The position numbers were made by a program, and so were the translations under genes. A stretch of 64,000 nt of DNA from a virus. The notes beneath the pieces are model-generated. The model ran no database searches and had not been told where the DNA came from. It saw only the letters and a program-made list of their open reading frames with translations. The stretch's first letter is position 1, and each line of letters starts with the position of its first letter. The stretch lies in the IMG/VR virus record IMGVR_UViG_3300050501_000235; one strand, written 5' to 3'. Below are positions 19,573-28,826 of this stretch, piece by piece.

Positions 19573-19762
19573 GGCAACCTACGGCTTCAAGGCCAGCGAG
19601 TGGAACGAGATCGAGGCTACCAAGGACGCCATCCGGCGAGCCACTGAGGACGGTATCCTCACGGACTACAAGGGCAGCTACGAGACCGAGAAGGTGCAGA
19701 CCGACGACCAGCGTCATGAGGACGAGTTCTGCATCGTCATTCGCACACCCAACGAGGCCTAG
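19565..19762 (+). CDS. Hypothetical small protein
   Basis: ORF track, 65 aa. Start overlaps the queC stop. Confidence 0.4.
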   Translation: MAKATYGFKASEWNEIEATKDAIRRATEDGILTDYKGSYETEKVQTDDQRHEDEFCIVIRTPNEA

Positions 19763-20026
19763 ATGACTTGGATAAATGCACTCCAGATCGCACTCCTGTT
19801 GATGTGGTTCGCACTGCTAGCGAACCTCGTGGCGAACAACGTCATCTCCCACTTCTGGAGGGAGTCATCGAAGTACTACAACGAGCTCGACCACAACGGT
19901 GAGGATCCTCGTAGCGTGTCTGTCTCCAACACTGGCCACGCCATCGCACACAGCGGCGGCAAGGCCAACACCGGAGTCGTCTACGATGACAAGCCGAAGC
20001 CTTGGACCACCGGGAACGCGGTGTAG
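19763..20026 (+). CDS. Small membrane protein
   Basis: ORF track, 87 aa. Hydrophobic N-terminus ALQIALLLMWFALLANLVA. Confidence 0.4.
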   Translation: MTWINALQIALLLMWFALLANLVANNVISHFWRESSKYYNELDHNGEDPRSVSVSNTGHAIAHSGGKANTGVVYDDKPKPWTTGNAV

Positions 20027-20027
20027 C

Positions 20028-20264
20028 ATGAAGCGAGCCTACATCATGCTGCGTCCCGACGTACTCGCACAACTGCTTGACCTGCCTGAAGGCGTCAACG
20101 TTCACAGCGTGAATGCTAACTGGCTAATGGACGGCATCGAGGTCATGCTAGAAGGCGATGGCCTTCCGGCAGGCGCAGAGTACGTACGTGGCACCGTCCC
20201 AATGAACATTGGCGTCTCAATGGTTGTGACCGATGAGGGAAGGATCCAGGTGGAGTGGCAATGA
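20028..20264 (+). CDS. Hypothetical protein
   Basis: ATG at 20028 within track ORF 19899..20264. Stop overlaps the queD start (ATGA). Confidence 0.4.
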   Translation: MKRAYIMLRPDVLAQLLDLPEGVNVHSVNANWLMDGIEVMLEGDGLPAGAEYVRGTVPMNIGVSMVVTDEGRIQVEWQ

Positions 20265-20713
20265 GCTTCATTGAGGTTCGACACAACATGGAAGTAGCCC
20301 ACCGGCTGTACGAGCTGCCTGGCAAGTGCGAGAACATCCACGGTCACTCCATGTGGGTGGACCTCAGGCTGCACGGACCAATCAACCAGAAAGGCATCCT
20401 CGGTGGCTTATCGTTCGGCGACGTCAAGAAGGCCTTCCGTGGCTTCCTCGACGATGCCTTCGACCACCACCTTCTTCTGAACGTGAACGATCCGTGGGCT
20501 ACTGGTCTCTGGAACTCTCGCACCGAGGGAACAGCTCGAAACATCAACGAGTTCCTGGGGCAGCTGCCAGGACTCATGACCTTCCCTGGTGACCCGACGA
20601 CGGAGAACCTCGCCAAGTGGATCGCCAAGTGGGCTGTCGACGAGTTCAAGCTGCCAGCCGACGTCACCGTACATGAGACGTCGGTCAACTCCGCAGGCTT
20701 CTCGGCAAGGTAG
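20261..20713 (+). CDS. queD: 6-carboxy-5,6,7,8-tetrahydropterin synthase QueD
   Basis: Signature CENIHGHS (Cx3HGH) and conserved fold-length, ~150 aa. Confidence 0.75.
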   Translation: MSFIEVRHNMEVAHRLYELPGKCENIHGHSMWVDLRLHGPINQKGILGGLSFGDVKKAFRGFLDDAFDHHLLLNVNDPWATGLWNSRTEGTARNINEFLGQLPGLMTFPGDPTTENLAKWIAKWAVDEFKLPADVTVHETSVNSAGFSAR

Positions 20714-20718
20714 GCCTG

Positions 20719-21089
20719 TGGACAACCTCAAGCTCGACATCTCCCCCTTCCGCGTAGGCAAGTACGTCGGCCTGACCGAGATAGGTCGTATCGGCCTCAT
20801 CGTGGGCATGCGCCTCGACGAGGAGGGGGAGATCAAGAGGGTATACCGCCCGCAATGCAAGCTGACGATGTACGGCGTCAGGTCAACCTTTGACCTCACA
20901 CTTCAACTTCTGCCACCTGGCACAGAGGAAGAACTATCCTTCTCGATCCCCGACCTGATGGGTCGTACACCCATTCTGATCGAGGAGACGCCCTTCCACG
21001 TCTCAACTGTGCGAATGCAAGGGGAAGAAGTATCCGTCCAACTACTCCGAGCATACTGGAAGGACAGCGATGCTGTTGAAGGTAAATGA
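20719..21089 (+). CDS. Hypothetical protein
   Basis: GTG at 20719 within track ORF 20589..21089. Overlaps the queE start. Confidence 0.35.
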
Positions 21090-21855
21090 AATCTTCGGAC
21101 CAACGATACAGGGAGAAGGCTCTGCGGCCGGACGTCACTGTGTCTTCGTTCGACTTGCACTTTGTAACTTGGAGTGCAAATGGTGTGACACTGCATACAC
21201 GTGGTCCTTCACACCTCAGAAGTCAGCCAAGCACCAACTCGGAATCATCTATGACCGCGACAAGAACCTCTTCGAGATGAACGCCCAGCAGGTGATCGAC
21301 CAGCTGCTCACCAAGTGGGACATCTACGACATGCCGACGATTGTTGTCGTCAGTGGTGGAGAGCCCATGATGCAGCAGGAAGCACTCATGCCACTGCTGT
21401 ATGAGCTCAGCGCCGCCGGCAACGAGATCCACATCGAGACAGCTGGAACCATCGCTCCCCAGGTGGACATCAGCTTTGAAGCTGTTGCGGGCGGCGTTGT
21501 ACGCAGAGGCTTCGACGACGTCGTGACACAATTCAACGTGTCGCCGAAGCTTGCGAACAGTGGAAACGTCCTCAGCAAGCGATACAAGCCAGAGGTCATC
21601 CAGCAGTTTGCACATCGCGAGTCAGCTCGATTCAAGTTCGTCGTGACCTGTGCAGACGATCTGTACGAGGTCGATGAGATGGTGATACGTCACGGCATTC
21701 CCGCAGGCCGTGTCATGGTCATGCCCGAGGGTACCACTGTCGATGCCAACCTCAACACCGCCAGGTCGGTAGAGGAAGCAGTGATCTCCCGCGGGTACGG
21801 CCTCACGCTTAGGTCGCACATCCTGCTATGGCCACAAATCGAACGGGGGAAGTAG
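21070..21855 (+). CDS. queE: 7-carboxy-7-deazaguanine synthase QueE (radical SAM)
   Basis: N-terminal EIFGPTIQGEGSAAGRHCVFVRLALCNLECKWCDT matches QueE Cx14Cx2C-type cluster binding. 261 aa. Confidence 0.75.
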   Translation: MLLKVNEIFGPTIQGEGSAAGRHCVFVRLALCNLECKWCDTAYTWSFTPQKSAKHQLGIIYDRDKNLFEMNAQQVIDQLLTKWDIYDMPTIVVVSGGEPMMQQEALMPLLYELSAAGNEIHIETAGTIAPQVDISFEAVAGGVVRRGFDDVVTQFNVSPKLANSGNVLSKRYKPEVIQQFAHRESARFKFVVTCADDLYEVDEMVIRHGIPAGRVMVMPEGTTVDANLNTARSVEEAVISRGYGLTLRSHILLWPQIERGK

Positions 21856-21856
21856 C

Positions 21857-22282
21857 GTGCGAGCAGCTGCAGGAATACTGTTCGTCGGCTTCCCGCGTCT
21901 CGCCCTTATGGTTAGGACCAGCTACAAGCAGCACTGGGATATCCCCGGAGGCATCGTAGAGCCAGGCGAGACGCCCACCGAGGCCGCCGAGCGCGAAGTG
22001 AAGGAGGAGCTCGGTGTGGTCGTCAAGGCAGGACGTCTCCTGGTGTGCGAGAATGTCCTCCTTACGGGCAAGGAGCTTCTGACTGCCTACATCTTCGAAG
22101 GGGACAGACTCGATGTCGATGCATACACAATCGACGGCGAAGAAGTTCTCGAGGCCTCGTGGTGTTCGCCCGTGAAACGTAGGGCGTACACGCAGACTGC
22201 TCCCATCTTCCGCAACCGCCTTGAGCTCGCCTTCACGGCTCTCGCGACCGAGACGACTGTGTACCACGAGCACAGGGCATAG
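21857..22282 (+). CDS. Nudix hydrolase
   Basis: Nudix box GGIVEPGETPTEAAEREVKEELGV. 141 aa, GTG start. Confidence 0.7.
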   Translation: MRAAAGILFVGFPRLALMVRTSYKQHWDIPGGIVEPGETPTEAAEREVKEELGVVVKAGRLLVCENVLLTGKELLTAYIFEGDRLDVDAYTIDGEEVLEASWCSPVKRRAYTQTAPIFRNRLELAFTALATETTVYHEHRA

Positions 22283-22335
22283 ACGAACATCAATGCGCAA
22301 CCCTACAACTACAAATCCCCACAGGGCGAAGGAGT

Positions 22336-22920
22336 GTGACCGTGACACCTGATGAACCAGGCGTGGAAGTCCTGGACGCGAAGGTCGTAGCAGCAGCCAA
22401 GCTGTTGCTGGAGAAGGCTTGTGGCCTGATGCCCGATGAGCACGGCACTGACACACCAACGAGATTCGTGGCGATGCTGATGGAGTTGACGACTGCAAGG
22501 TCATTCAACTTCAAGGTGTTCGACGCCAAGGGCAAGGACGAGATGGTGATCATTCGCAACATCCCGTTCGTCAGCGTCTGCAATCATCACGTCGTTCCCT
22601 TCATCGGGAAGGCCGACATCGGGTACATCCCCGGTGACTACATGGCAGGCCTCAGCAAGTTCGCACGAGTCGTTCACTTCTTCGCCAGGTCGTTGCAGGT
22701 GCAAGAACGCCTGACGGAGCAGATCGCCGACTTCCTGGAGGAGAAGCTGAAGCCTCGCGGCCTTGCCGTCGTCCTGGAAGCAGAGCACATGTGCATGACT
22801 ATCCGTGGAGTCCAGACGCCTGGCACGACAACGTACACAGCCGTCATGCGAGGCTTCTTCAACGATCACGACCGCACGGCCAAGGCCGAATTCCTCGATA
22901 GGATCAACGGAAGCAAGTGA
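22336..22920 (+). CDS. folE: GTP cyclohydrolase I (FolE)
   Basis: Conserved SVCNHHVVPF (CEHHLVPF-type) and length ~190 aa. Confidence 0.75.
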   Translation: MTVTPDEPGVEVLDAKVVAAAKLLLEKACGLMPDEHGTDTPTRFVAMLMELTTARSFNFKVFDAKGKDEMVIIRNIPFVSVCNHHVVPFIGKADIGYIPGDYMAGLSKFARVVHFFARSLQVQERLTEQIADFLEEKLKPRGLAVVLEAEHMCMTIRGVQTPGTTTYTAVMRGFFNDHDRTAKAEFLDRINGSK

Positions 22921-23026
22921 AGTACCTCTGCGCCTTCATGTTGGTGTTCGGGGGCCTGTACGCCTTACAATGGGCGACCATTTGGTTTGCAGGCCCTCGA
23001 CCACCACGTCCCCCAAAGGAAAGCCG

Positions 23027-23374
23027 ATGAACCTGAACGAACTAATAGACCAGTGTCAGTTGGACTCTGACCGCTGGTTCCCAAACATCTCCAAGGATCT
23101 ACCCTTCACGGTTCTAGCACTCGTTGGCGAGACAGGCGAGATGGCCAACCTCGTCAAGAAGGTCGTTCGCGGAAGCCTCAGTTTGGAGAACGTCAAGGAC
23201 GACCTTGGAGAAGAGGCCGTCGACGTTCTCATCTACCTCTGCATGGTCTTCGCCGCGCTCGACATCGATCCCATCCAAGTGTACAGAGAGAAGAGGGCAA
23301 AGAATGAGCTCCGATTCGGCCGAGGGCCGCTCACAGACCTCCTCAACCTCCAACCAGGAACCGACAAGTCCTGA
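23027..23374 (+). CDS. MazG-like nucleoside triphosphate pyrophosphohydrolase
   Basis: ATG at 23027 within track ORF 22805..23374. EExxE/D motifs LVGETGEMANLVKK...LGEEAVDVLIYL. Confidence 0.6.
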   Translation: MNLNELIDQCQLDSDRWFPNISKDLPFTVLALVGETGEMANLVKKVVRGSLSLENVKDDLGEEAVDVLIYLCMVFAALDIDPIQVYREKRAKNELRFGRGPLTDLLNLQPGTDKS

Positions 23375-23420
23375 CTTCAAGTTGGAGCAGGCTCCGGTAG
23401 ACGCCGAGCTCATCAAGCGG

Positions 23421-23696
23421 ATGCAGGTTCTGTCTGAGGAGTTCGACGTTCTGTGTCAGAAGCGACACGACATGGGCGAGCGGAAGTACGGCCCTGGAAC
23501 ATGGCTCGGCGTCGACACCCTCGAGATGATCATCGAGGAACTGATCGACATCGCCAACTACGTGCGCTTCAGCTTCGTCAAGCTCAGGATGATACAGGAA
23601 ACCCTCGGCACGGACCGCTCAACGGCAACGCCCCAACTTGGCAACGAGATGATGGGGAAGGACGCGTTCACTTCGGCGGTAAGGAGTTCCGAATGA
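23421..23696 (+). CDS. Hypothetical all-alpha protein, possibly a second MazG-like/NTP-PPase domain
   Basis: Frame of track ORF 23124..23696. Start uncertain (23304 or 23421). Stop overlaps the next gene (ATGA). Confidence 0.3.
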   Translation: MQVLSEEFDVLCQKRHDMGERKYGPGTWLGVDTLEMIIEELIDIANYVRFSFVKLRMIQETLGTDRSTATPQLGNEMMGKDAFTSAVRSSE

Positions 23697-24511
23697 AAGT
23701 GGGGTTAATTCCTCCACGAGGGCTGGAGAACCTGGTCCTCCGTTCCAAGTTCCACCTCGCGCTGGCCATCGACGAACTGATGGGACGGCGCATGTACGCT
23801 GGCATGTACAAGCGTGCAGCGGAGCTTGGCGACTACGTTGTGCTCGACAACGGTCTGGCGGAGGGAATGCCGTGCACGCCTTCCCTCCTCTACAGCCACG
23901 CCAAGAAGCTCGAGGTGTCTGAAGTCGTCGTTCCCGACGTGATGAAGGACGCTGAAGGAACCATCACACAGGTGAAGCTGTTCTTCAACGAGGATCGCAA
24001 GCCCCTTCCCATTAAGCACATGGCCGTCGCGCAGGGTAAGACGCTGCCCGAGTTCCGTCGCTGCGTGGAGGAGTTCGCGAAGGTCGAGCACGTAACCGTT
24101 GTCGGCGTTCCGCGGCACATGCTTGGGACGCTGGGGACGCAAGCATGCCGTATCGAGTTCTCGAACTGGATTGAGAACCAATACCCTGGACGCTTCGAGC
24201 AGCACTTCCTCGGAACCAATCCCATATGGATAGGAGAGGTCAAAGCCGCATCGAAGTACACGGTGGCACGTTCGGTCGATACGTCGATGCCCTTCAGCTA
24301 CGCCATAGCAGGAGAGGACCTCGCCGAGACCACGGCTGAGATCATCCGTCCGAGGGCTTACTTCGAGACCGACTGGACCTTCAGGGTCGACATCAACCTC
24401 GTCCGTAGAAACATCGCTACTCTGTTGGGGTGGGCAGGTGCAACAGGTACCAGATCCTACGAGCGAGCGGAGGCATCCGCTCGCCCTGTGCGAAGAATGT
24501 CCGCTGTTTAG
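23693..24511 (+). CDS. Candidate DpdA-like 7-deazaguanine DNA transglycosylase (TGT superfamily)
   Basis: ATG at 23693 with RBS AAGGAGTTCCGAATG. 272 aa. The call rests mainly on synteny with queC/D/E/folE and position before the DNA polymerase; motif-level support not verified. Confidence 0.35.
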   Translation: MKVGLIPPRGLENLVLRSKFHLALAIDELMGRRMYAGMYKRAAELGDYVVLDNGLAEGMPCTPSLLYSHAKKLEVSEVVVPDVMKDAEGTITQVKLFFNEDRKPLPIKHMAVAQGKTLPEFRRCVEEFAKVEHVTVVGVPRHMLGTLGTQACRIEFSNWIENQYPGRFEQHFLGTNPIWIGEVKAASKYTVARSVDTSMPFSYAIAGEDLAETTAEIIRPRAYFETDWTFRVDINLVRRNIATLLGWAGATGTRSYERAEASARPVRRMSAV

Positions 24512-26867
24512 CGAGAACGTTTCCTTCGTCCCTTCAGAGGTGACCGAGGATCCGCGTCTCGTCATTGTCGGCGAAGCACCTGGTGGATACGAGGCGAAGA
24601 GGGGCCGGCCGTTCGTCGGCCCCTCCGGGCAGCTGCTAGAACAAGTCCTAGAGCACCACGGGTATCATCGAAACGAGGTGACGCTAACCAATGTTTGCCT
24701 CTGTCGTCCTAAGGATAACGCAACACCTTCTAGGTCAGCTATTGCTGCGTGCAGGCCAAGGCTCCTTGACGAGCTACGACGTAGTGGTGCAGCTGATGTG
24801 GTTGCGCTTGGTGGTACAGCTGCTAGTGCTCTCATCGACGATCAGCGATCTATCACGAAGCTGCGTGTCGGTCCAGCTAAGCTCCCCACCGCAGGACTTG
24901 CAGGTTCGTCTGTACGCAGAGTCGTACCAACATGGCATCCTGCTTACTGCCTACGAAAGGCAGATGCGTTCCCAGCACTCGTATCGGATATAGGCAAACT
25001 GAAGGACAGGGAGGGAAATGCTTGGAGTGCACCTCGGTGGCGAGCATATGACGATGTTGCTAGCGCGACCGCAGTACTTGCAGAACTTGAAGCAGTTGCA
25101 ACACATATCGTCGTCGATATTGAGGTCGGCATCGAAAAGGACACGGCTTTCGACCATCCTAACAACTACGAGCTCCTCGCAGTGGGATTGGGTTACGCAA
25201 GAGGGAAGGCTGTGGTGCTGGGGGAGAATGCACTTAGAGACCGGTCTGTTCTGGATGGACTCAAGCGACTCCTGGGCAAGGTTCATATCATTGCTCACAA
25301 CGGCAAGTTTGACCTGGGCGGACTTTACCCACATATCGGTGGACAGACACTCTGGTTCGATACTATGCTCGCGTCCTACTGCCTTGACGAACGTCCGGGA
25401 AACCATGGTCTTAAGGTACTCGCCGTTGAACGGTTGGGTGCCCCTCAGTACGACTTGGAGATCCAACAGTTCGTTCCTCGAGGAGGAAACTACGCTAACA
25501 TTCCCCGCCCGATTCTGTACAAGTACAATGCCTATGACGTCGCGTGCACTTGGGAGCTGTACGAACTGTTTGCGGAACGCCTCGAACAAGAAGATCTTCG
25601 TCGGGTGCACGACTTCATGGTCGCAGCGTCGAACCAGTTGATGTACCTCGAGCTCAACGGCATCGCCATCGACAAGCAGTACATGCGCGAACTGGCTGTC
25701 GAGTTCCTAAACCGAATAGACATAATCGAGGAGAGCCTCAATCAGATCGTGACAGATCTGTTCCATCTCCAGCATCCAGAGGTGGTGGAGTCTGAGGAGC
25801 TTCAGCGGATCACGATCAATCCAAGGTCGCCGAAGCAGATCAAGGAGGTCCTCAGTGACCAAGGGATCCAAGTCGACTCGACCAACCAAGACACGATCGA
25901 GAAGCTACTGGAGATCCTGCAAGTGCAACGGGGAATGTCTCCAGAAACTCCGATTATCCAATTCCTCTATACGCTCCTTCACCACCGACGACAACAGAAG
26001 CTCTATTCTACATACGTCAAAGGTATTGCCCAACGGATGTACCGTGGACGTGTTTATACAACTTATCTACTCCACGGAACAACATCCGGGCGCCTTGCAT
26101 CTCGCAATCCGAACCTGCAAAACATTGTTCGTGATAACTCGATCCGACGGCAGTTTGCTGTATCAAAGCCAGAGAACGTCTTTATCCAAGCCGACTTCAA
26201 ACAGGCTGAGGGCCGAGTTATTACGACTCTCGCCCGAGACGAATACCTGAGGTCGATCTTCAGCGACCCGAGCGTCGACATGTTCGACGAGCTGACTGAC
26301 CAGCTGTACGGACCCATCGGCAGCCGTAGCAAAGAGGAGCGTAAGGAACAACGAATCCGAACGAAGGCCTTCTTCTATGGACTCAGCTATGGACGAGAAG
26401 CATACAGCATCGCTCTTGAATACAAGATGTCTGTCTCGGAAGCCGAACGCCGACTGCACGATTTCATGTCCCTTATACCTGCTACAGCAGCTTGGCAACA
26501 GGAAGTGCGCCAGCGGGTCCTATCAGGACATGACCTCATCACACCCTTCGGCCGACGACGACGCTTCTGGCTAATCACGGATCAGAACCAAAAGGATGTG
26601 CTGAATGAGGCTCTGTCATTCCTGCCGCAGTCTACCGCGAGTGATATTTGTCTCACGGCTTTTACTCGCCTGCGACCAATGCTGCGTGGTCTGGGTTTCA
26701 TTAGACTCACGATTCATGACGCCCTTGTGGCTGAGTGTGCCCGAGAGCATCGAGAAGAAGTTACAAGGCTACTCGTGGGCGAAATGGTCAAGGCGGGGGC
26801 AGAATATACGGACTATGTTCCCTTCAACGTCGACGTGAGCTTTGGCCAGAGTTGGGGTGAACTGTGA
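24438..26867 (+). CDS. Family-A DNA polymerase (3'-5' exo + polymerase) with N-terminal family-4 UDG-like domain
   Basis: N-terminus CEECPL...GEAPG..E...GRPFVGPSGQLL matches UDG family 4. Downstream Pol I motifs (..RRQFAVS.., ..ADFKQAEGRV.., ..KAFFYGLSYG..). 809 aa, GTG start. Confidence 0.8.
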   Translation: MQQVPDPTSERRHPLALCEECPLFSENVSFVPSEVTEDPRLVIVGEAPGGYEAKRGRPFVGPSGQLLEQVLEHHGYHRNEVTLTNVCLCRPKDNATPSRSAIAACRPRLLDELRRSGAADVVALGGTAASALIDDQRSITKLRVGPAKLPTAGLAGSSVRRVVPTWHPAYCLRKADAFPALVSDIGKLKDREGNAWSAPRWRAYDDVASATAVLAELEAVATHIVVDIEVGIEKDTAFDHPNNYELLAVGLGYARGKAVVLGENALRDRSVLDGLKRLLGKVHIIAHNGKFDLGGLYPHIGGQTLWFDTMLASYCLDERPGNHGLKVLAVERLGAPQYDLEIQQFVPRGGNYANIPRPILYKYNAYDVACTWELYELFAERLEQEDLRRVHDFMVAASNQLMYLELNGIAIDKQYMRELAVEFLNRIDIIEESLNQIVTDLFHLQHPEVVESEELQRITINPRSPKQIKEVLSDQGIQVDSTNQDTIEKLLEILQVQRGMSPETPIIQFLYTLLHHRRQQKLYSTYVKGIAQRMYRGRVYTTYLLHGTTSGRLASRNPNLQNIVRDNSIRRQFAVSKPENVFIQADFKQAEGRVITTLARDEYLRSIFSDPSVDMFDELTDQLYGPIGSRSKEERKEQRIRTKAFFYGLSYGREAYSIALEYKMSVSEAERRLHDFMSLIPATAAWQQEVRQRVLSGHDLITPFGRRRRFWLITDQNQKDVLNEALSFLPQSTASDICLTAFTRLRPMLRGLGFIRLTIHDALVAECAREHREEVTRLLVGEMVKAGAEYTDYVPFNVDVSFGQSWGEL

Positions 26868-27270
26868 CCTCCGAGGGAGATGAACCCAAGCTGCAAGACG
26901 TCTCCAAGGTTGAGACGCGCGTACAGCACTTCGACGCTGACGGTGAACTGACCTCAGAGGTTGTAACGGTTATCGTTCACAAGACCAAGCCGTTCACGAA
27001 CGAGCACACAGGAATGTACCTATGAAGGGTTTCATACTAGGTCTCTGCTGCGGAGGTGCCTTCACAGTGGTAGGAGTGTACCTCGTGGTCGTCGGGCTCT
27101 TCAAGGACGTGTACCGATGACGAAGCTTGACGACGCCGTCCAGAAGATCATCGACGGCGAAACAGATGACCCGTGGACTAACCTCTGTGTTGAGACAGTC
27201 AGACTGGGTGCCGCGCTCGCACGTTGGGAGAATGCGAAGAAGCGATACGTAGTAGCCCAGAAGGTGAACC

Positions 27271-27555
27271 GTGATGGTCAGTGACCACATATTCCACTGG
27301 ACGCCACACGTAGAAGTCAGACGTGCGGCAATGACGCGGAAGCAACAAGAAGCTATCGAGTCTATCCTTCGAGGCGAAACCATCGAGGAGTGGTTGAGTC
27401 ATATGAGTCCCAAGGACCTTGAGCAGTGGGAGCGAATCTTCAGGCGCGGCGCGCAGGTTGCACCGGTTGACATCGCCAAGACCCTAACAGCGATGGCACG
27501 TGAGTGCAAGAAGATTCGCGACGAGGAGAACGCGAAGGACGCCGCCGATGGCTGA
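27271..27555 (+). CDS. Hypothetical protein
   Basis: ORF track, 94 aa. Confidence 0.4.
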   Translation: MMVSDHIFHWTPHVEVRRAAMTRKQQEAIESILRGETIEEWLSHMSPKDLEQWERIFRRGAQVAPVDIAKTLTAMARECKKIRDEENAKDAADG

Positions 27556-27889
27556 ACCGTTTGTCTTCACCACTTGGCGCGAGGAGAAGTCGTGCCAAAC
27601 AGTCGTGAAGCTAAGCCGTGGCGCTGAGAGCGTCCAGTGTGTCGTGACCGACGAAGTGCTTGTATCCACTGACCAAGGCTTCGTCATGGGCATGCTACTC
27701 GAGATGCTGGCAGACCTATGGTACACAAGGTACGGACGACGCCTAGTCGTCGAGGCGCCCAACAGCGCTGGGTACCCATGGCGCATCACCATGCAAGACG
27801 AGGAGGAAGACGTCCTCGAGGGGGAAGTGATCGAAGAGAGGAGTGCGATCGATGCCCCGCGGAAAGCCATCGAAGGACGGAGACACTAA
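27548..27889 (+). CDS. Hypothetical protein
   Basis: ATG at 27548 in the frame of track ORF 27500..27889. Confidence 0.4.
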   Translation: MAEPFVFTTWREEKSCQTVVKLSRGAESVQCVVTDEVLVSTDQGFVMGMLLEMLADLWYTRYGRRLVVEAPNSAGYPWRITMQDEEEDVLEGEVIEERSAIDAPRKAIEGRRH

Positions 27890-28178
27890 CGTTGCCAAGA
27901 ATGGTTACCACTATACCAAAGTCGACGGCCACTTTCGCCTGACACATCACATCATCGCGGAGCAGGCACTCGGACGGTCCATCGAACCTGATGAGACAGT
28001 CAGCTTCGCAGACAACGATCGCACCAATCTCGACCCAACCAACATCGTTGTCTCCAGAAGGAAGACGTCGCTCAACGGTAAGATTGCAGCACTCACCGCC
28101 AGGATCCTAGAACTCACGGCGGAGCGTGACCGTTTAGTAGCAATCAGAGAAAAGCAAGGTAAAGCTAAGACAGCGTAA
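27843..28178 (+). CDS. HNH endonuclease (HNH_3-like)
   Basis: GYHYTKVDGHFRLTHHIIAE...VSFADNDRTNLDPTNI motif pattern. 111 aa. Confidence 0.6.
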   Translation: MRSMPRGKPSKDGDTNVAKNGYHYTKVDGHFRLTHHIIAEQALGRSIEPDETVSFADNDRTNLDPTNIVVSRRKTSLNGKIAALTARILELTAERDRLVAIREKQGKAKTA

Positions 28179-28363
28179 GAGACAAGAACAGACGAAGAGA
28201 GACAAGCAATTCCATACTCTCACGTAGCTTTCGTAAGGGCTAGGATCTTGCTTGTCTCTCTCAGTCTAAACACTCGCTACATTGATCAGCTGGTACTTGC
28301 GATACCAAAGCCCCACAGGGCGAAAGGCTTCTGCACGAACCAAGGGAGAGACAATTGTTCGTT

Positions 28364-28819
28364 ATGGTTGCAGGACGGCAACAAGGTAAATCCGTCACTG
28401 CTGTGCGCTGGCTACTGGAGCAACCGAGTGAGAGGGTGCTACTCACCTCAACCATGGGACGCCAGGAGCATCTAGTCCGTATCGCTGGACGGCTTCTGCC
28501 AGTACGGGAGATGTCACACCAAGCCTTTGTGGACTTCAAAGACTACATCGCAAAGCGCATCCTAGCTGTAGGAGTTATGCGTGGCTATGACTTCGACCTC
28601 CTGCGCGGCATAGCAGCGGAAGTCGGAATCGACGATGCAGAAGAGGTCCTTCAGACGCTGCTCCAACGCCGTGTGGGGTTTGCAGCGTTCAACGCAACAC
28701 TGGTCCCTGTCGTTGTCGGAGCAAGCTTTGGCAAGGGCTATGTCGACGCAGAGCAAGTAGCTGTCGAGGCACCCAGAGCTATCCGAGGGAGGCCTATCCG
28801 TGACAACCCCCAAGCCTAA
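28364..28819 (+). CDS. Small P-loop protein with terminase-like Walker A (VAGRQQGKS)
   Basis: ATG at 28364 within track ORF 28355..28819. Walker A resembles that of TerL in this window (CGRRFGKS). Confidence 0.4.
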   Translation: MVAGRQQGKSVTAVRWLLEQPSERVLLTSTMGRQEHLVRIAGRLLPVREMSHQAFVDFKDYIAKRILAVGVMRGYDFDLLRGIAAEVGIDDAEEVLQTLLQRRVGFAAFNATLVPVVVGASFGKGYVDAEQVAVEAPRAIRGRPIRDNPQA

Positions 28820-28826
28820 CCTGCCG

